NCBI GenBank assembly: GCA_963845755.1
Contig: CAWJTV010000012.1
Location: 64,001-128,000, forward strand
Length of the DNA: 64,000 nucleotides
From: an uncultured Planctomycetota bacterium
GTDB lineage: Bacteria > Planctomycetota > Planctomycetia > Isosphaerales > Isosphaeraceae
Direction of reading: 5' to 3'
Shown here: positions 62,825-64,000 of the stretch, piece by piece
Position numbering within the stretch: position 1 is the stretch's first letter
Layout: the number at the start of each line of letters is the position of its first letter
Made by a program: the position numbers and the translations under genes
Notes under the pieces: model-generated
What the model was told of the DNA's origin: nothing
The model's database searches: none
Seen by the model: the letters and a program-made list of their open reading frames with translations, nothing else

Positions 62825-64000
62825 TGTGCTGGTTCAGCGTGAAATGGAGAAACCGGGGTCGGGAGACAAGGTAGAGTGCACATCGGAACAGGCGGCGTCG
62901 ATTTGCCGCCTTGGTGCCAATCCCGAAAGGGAAAGACAGGGCGGAATCGTGCCGCCCCCCCTTCGGTCTTGGCCCCCGGGTCGGCGCTCGGGTCGTGTCG
63001 CCACGGAGCCCTATCCTCCGCCCGGGTCACTCTCCAGCATAGGGTCGTCGAACGATGCGGACAACGGCTCGGCGGCGATCAGCTCGCCGGCCGACTCGCT
63101 TCGCGCGCGGCTCGCCTCCGTTCACGCGCGGCCTCCAGCTTGCGGTCGCGCTCGGCGAAGATCGCCCGATCGCGACCGGCCAGCTTGTCCGCCGGCGCGA
63201 TGTAGCCGATCGCGCTGTGCAATCGGACCTCGTTGTAATGCGCCACGAACTCCCTGACGAGGCGCCGCGCGTCCTCCAGGCTCAACGGCACCTTGACCCG
63301 GATGCATTCGCCCTTGAGCGTCTTGTGCCACCTCTCGATCTTCCCGTTGCTCTGGGGATAATAGGGTGATGTCCTCACGTGAGTCATCCCGCAGATCCTG
63401 ATGAATTCCTTGAAGTCCTTGGCGATGAACTGCGGGCCGTTGTCGGAGATGATCCGGGGCCGCTCGCCGGGGAAGCGCTCGCGGGCCCGCTGGATGATCG
63501 TCTCCACCTCGGCCTCGGTCATGCTCTCGCGGATCTCCCAGTGGACGATGAACCGGCTGCAGCCGTCGAGGAGGCCGCAGAGGTAGAAGGACGTGCCGGC
63601 GACGTTGATGTACGAGATATCGACGTGCCAGTGCTCGTGGGGCCGCAGCGGCTGATGGAAGCCCTTGCCCTTGAGCGATGGTTTGCTGCTATGTGCCCTC
63701 ATCAATCCGGCGTCGCGGAGGACGCGGTAGACGCTCGACGGGCTGACGGCGACCAGGTCGGCGTCGAGCATCATGAAGGCGAGCCGCCGGTAGCCCTCCA
63801 GCGGATGGTCGGCATGGAATTCGAGGATGGCCGCCTTCTCCCAGGGCTCGAGCCACCAGTCGCGGGGCACGGTGGCGTTGTGCTCGTTGGCCGAGCCGTA
63901 GCGCGCCTTCCAGTCGTGGAACTTGCTGGCGGCGATGCCCAGCCAGCCGATGAGTCGCCGCATCCGCATCTCGGTGCGGCCGGCCCAGTGGCGGACGAAG
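62825..64000 (-). mobile_element. IS3-family insertion sequence, truncated by window edge
   Basis: Terminus TGTGCTGGTTCAGCGTGAAATGG at 62825; rve-type transposase. Confidence 0.85.
63079..64000 (-). CDS. IS3-family transposase OrfB (partial)
   Basis: WHVDISY, SDNGPQF, PQSNGKIERWHKTLK, YNEVRLHSAIGY. Confidence 0.93.
   Translation of the reverse strand, partial: FVRHWAGRTEMRMRRLIGWLGIAASKFHDWKARYGSANEHNATVPRDWWLEPWEKAAILEFHADHPLEGYRRLAFMMLDADLVAVSPSSVYRVLRDAGLMRAHSSKPSLKGKGFHQPLRPHEHWHVDISYINVAGTSFYLCGLLDGCSRFIVHWEIRESMTEAEVETIIQRARERFPGERPRIISDNGPQFIAKDFKEFIRICGMTHVRTSPYYPQSNGKIERWHKTLKGECIRVKVPLSLEDARRLVREFVAHYNEVRLHSAIGYIAPADKLAGRDRAIFAERDRKLEAARERRRAAREASRPAS

Overview
High-GC bacterial chromosomal window. 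The gene content points to a planctomycete, probably Isosphaeraceae-like: a YTV Cys-rich repeat protein, a DUF1549/DUF1553 + cytochrome-c/WD40 + PPC cluster, an ECF sigma factor paired with a Ser/Thr kinase, and LRR membrane proteins. Housekeeping and metabolic genes include ribD, rex, an M24 peptidase, an SDR, argJ, an RRM protein, nnrD, larB, a MacAB-like ABC exporter, two Gfo/Idh/MocA oxidoreductases, a kynureninase-like enzyme and an enolase-superfamily enzyme. The window also has three Ser/Thr kinases, an HNH nuclease, tRNA-Ser(GGA), an IS5-family element splitting an LRR gene, and an IS3-family element at the right edge. About 20 genes carry 1-bp frameshifts, most likely long-read consensus errors, so many CDS limits are reconstructed by eye. 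The most notable non-gene signals are: (i) MITE-like elements with terminal inverted repeats (TIRs) and target-site duplications (TSDs) that each enclose a different REP-like palindrome doublet; (ii) three well-spaced sigma54 -24/-12 motifs, one in front of an uncharacterised secreted SnoaL-like + Gly/Tyr low-complexity TPR gene pair; (iii) a Rex-type operator before the ABC exporter; (iv) integrase arm-like repeats after tRNA-Ser; (v) two in-frame amber codons and a kinase with DFG changed to NLG. No CRISPR array, rRNA, reverse transcriptase or recognisable defence system was seen. All calls come from reading the sequence; no searches were run.
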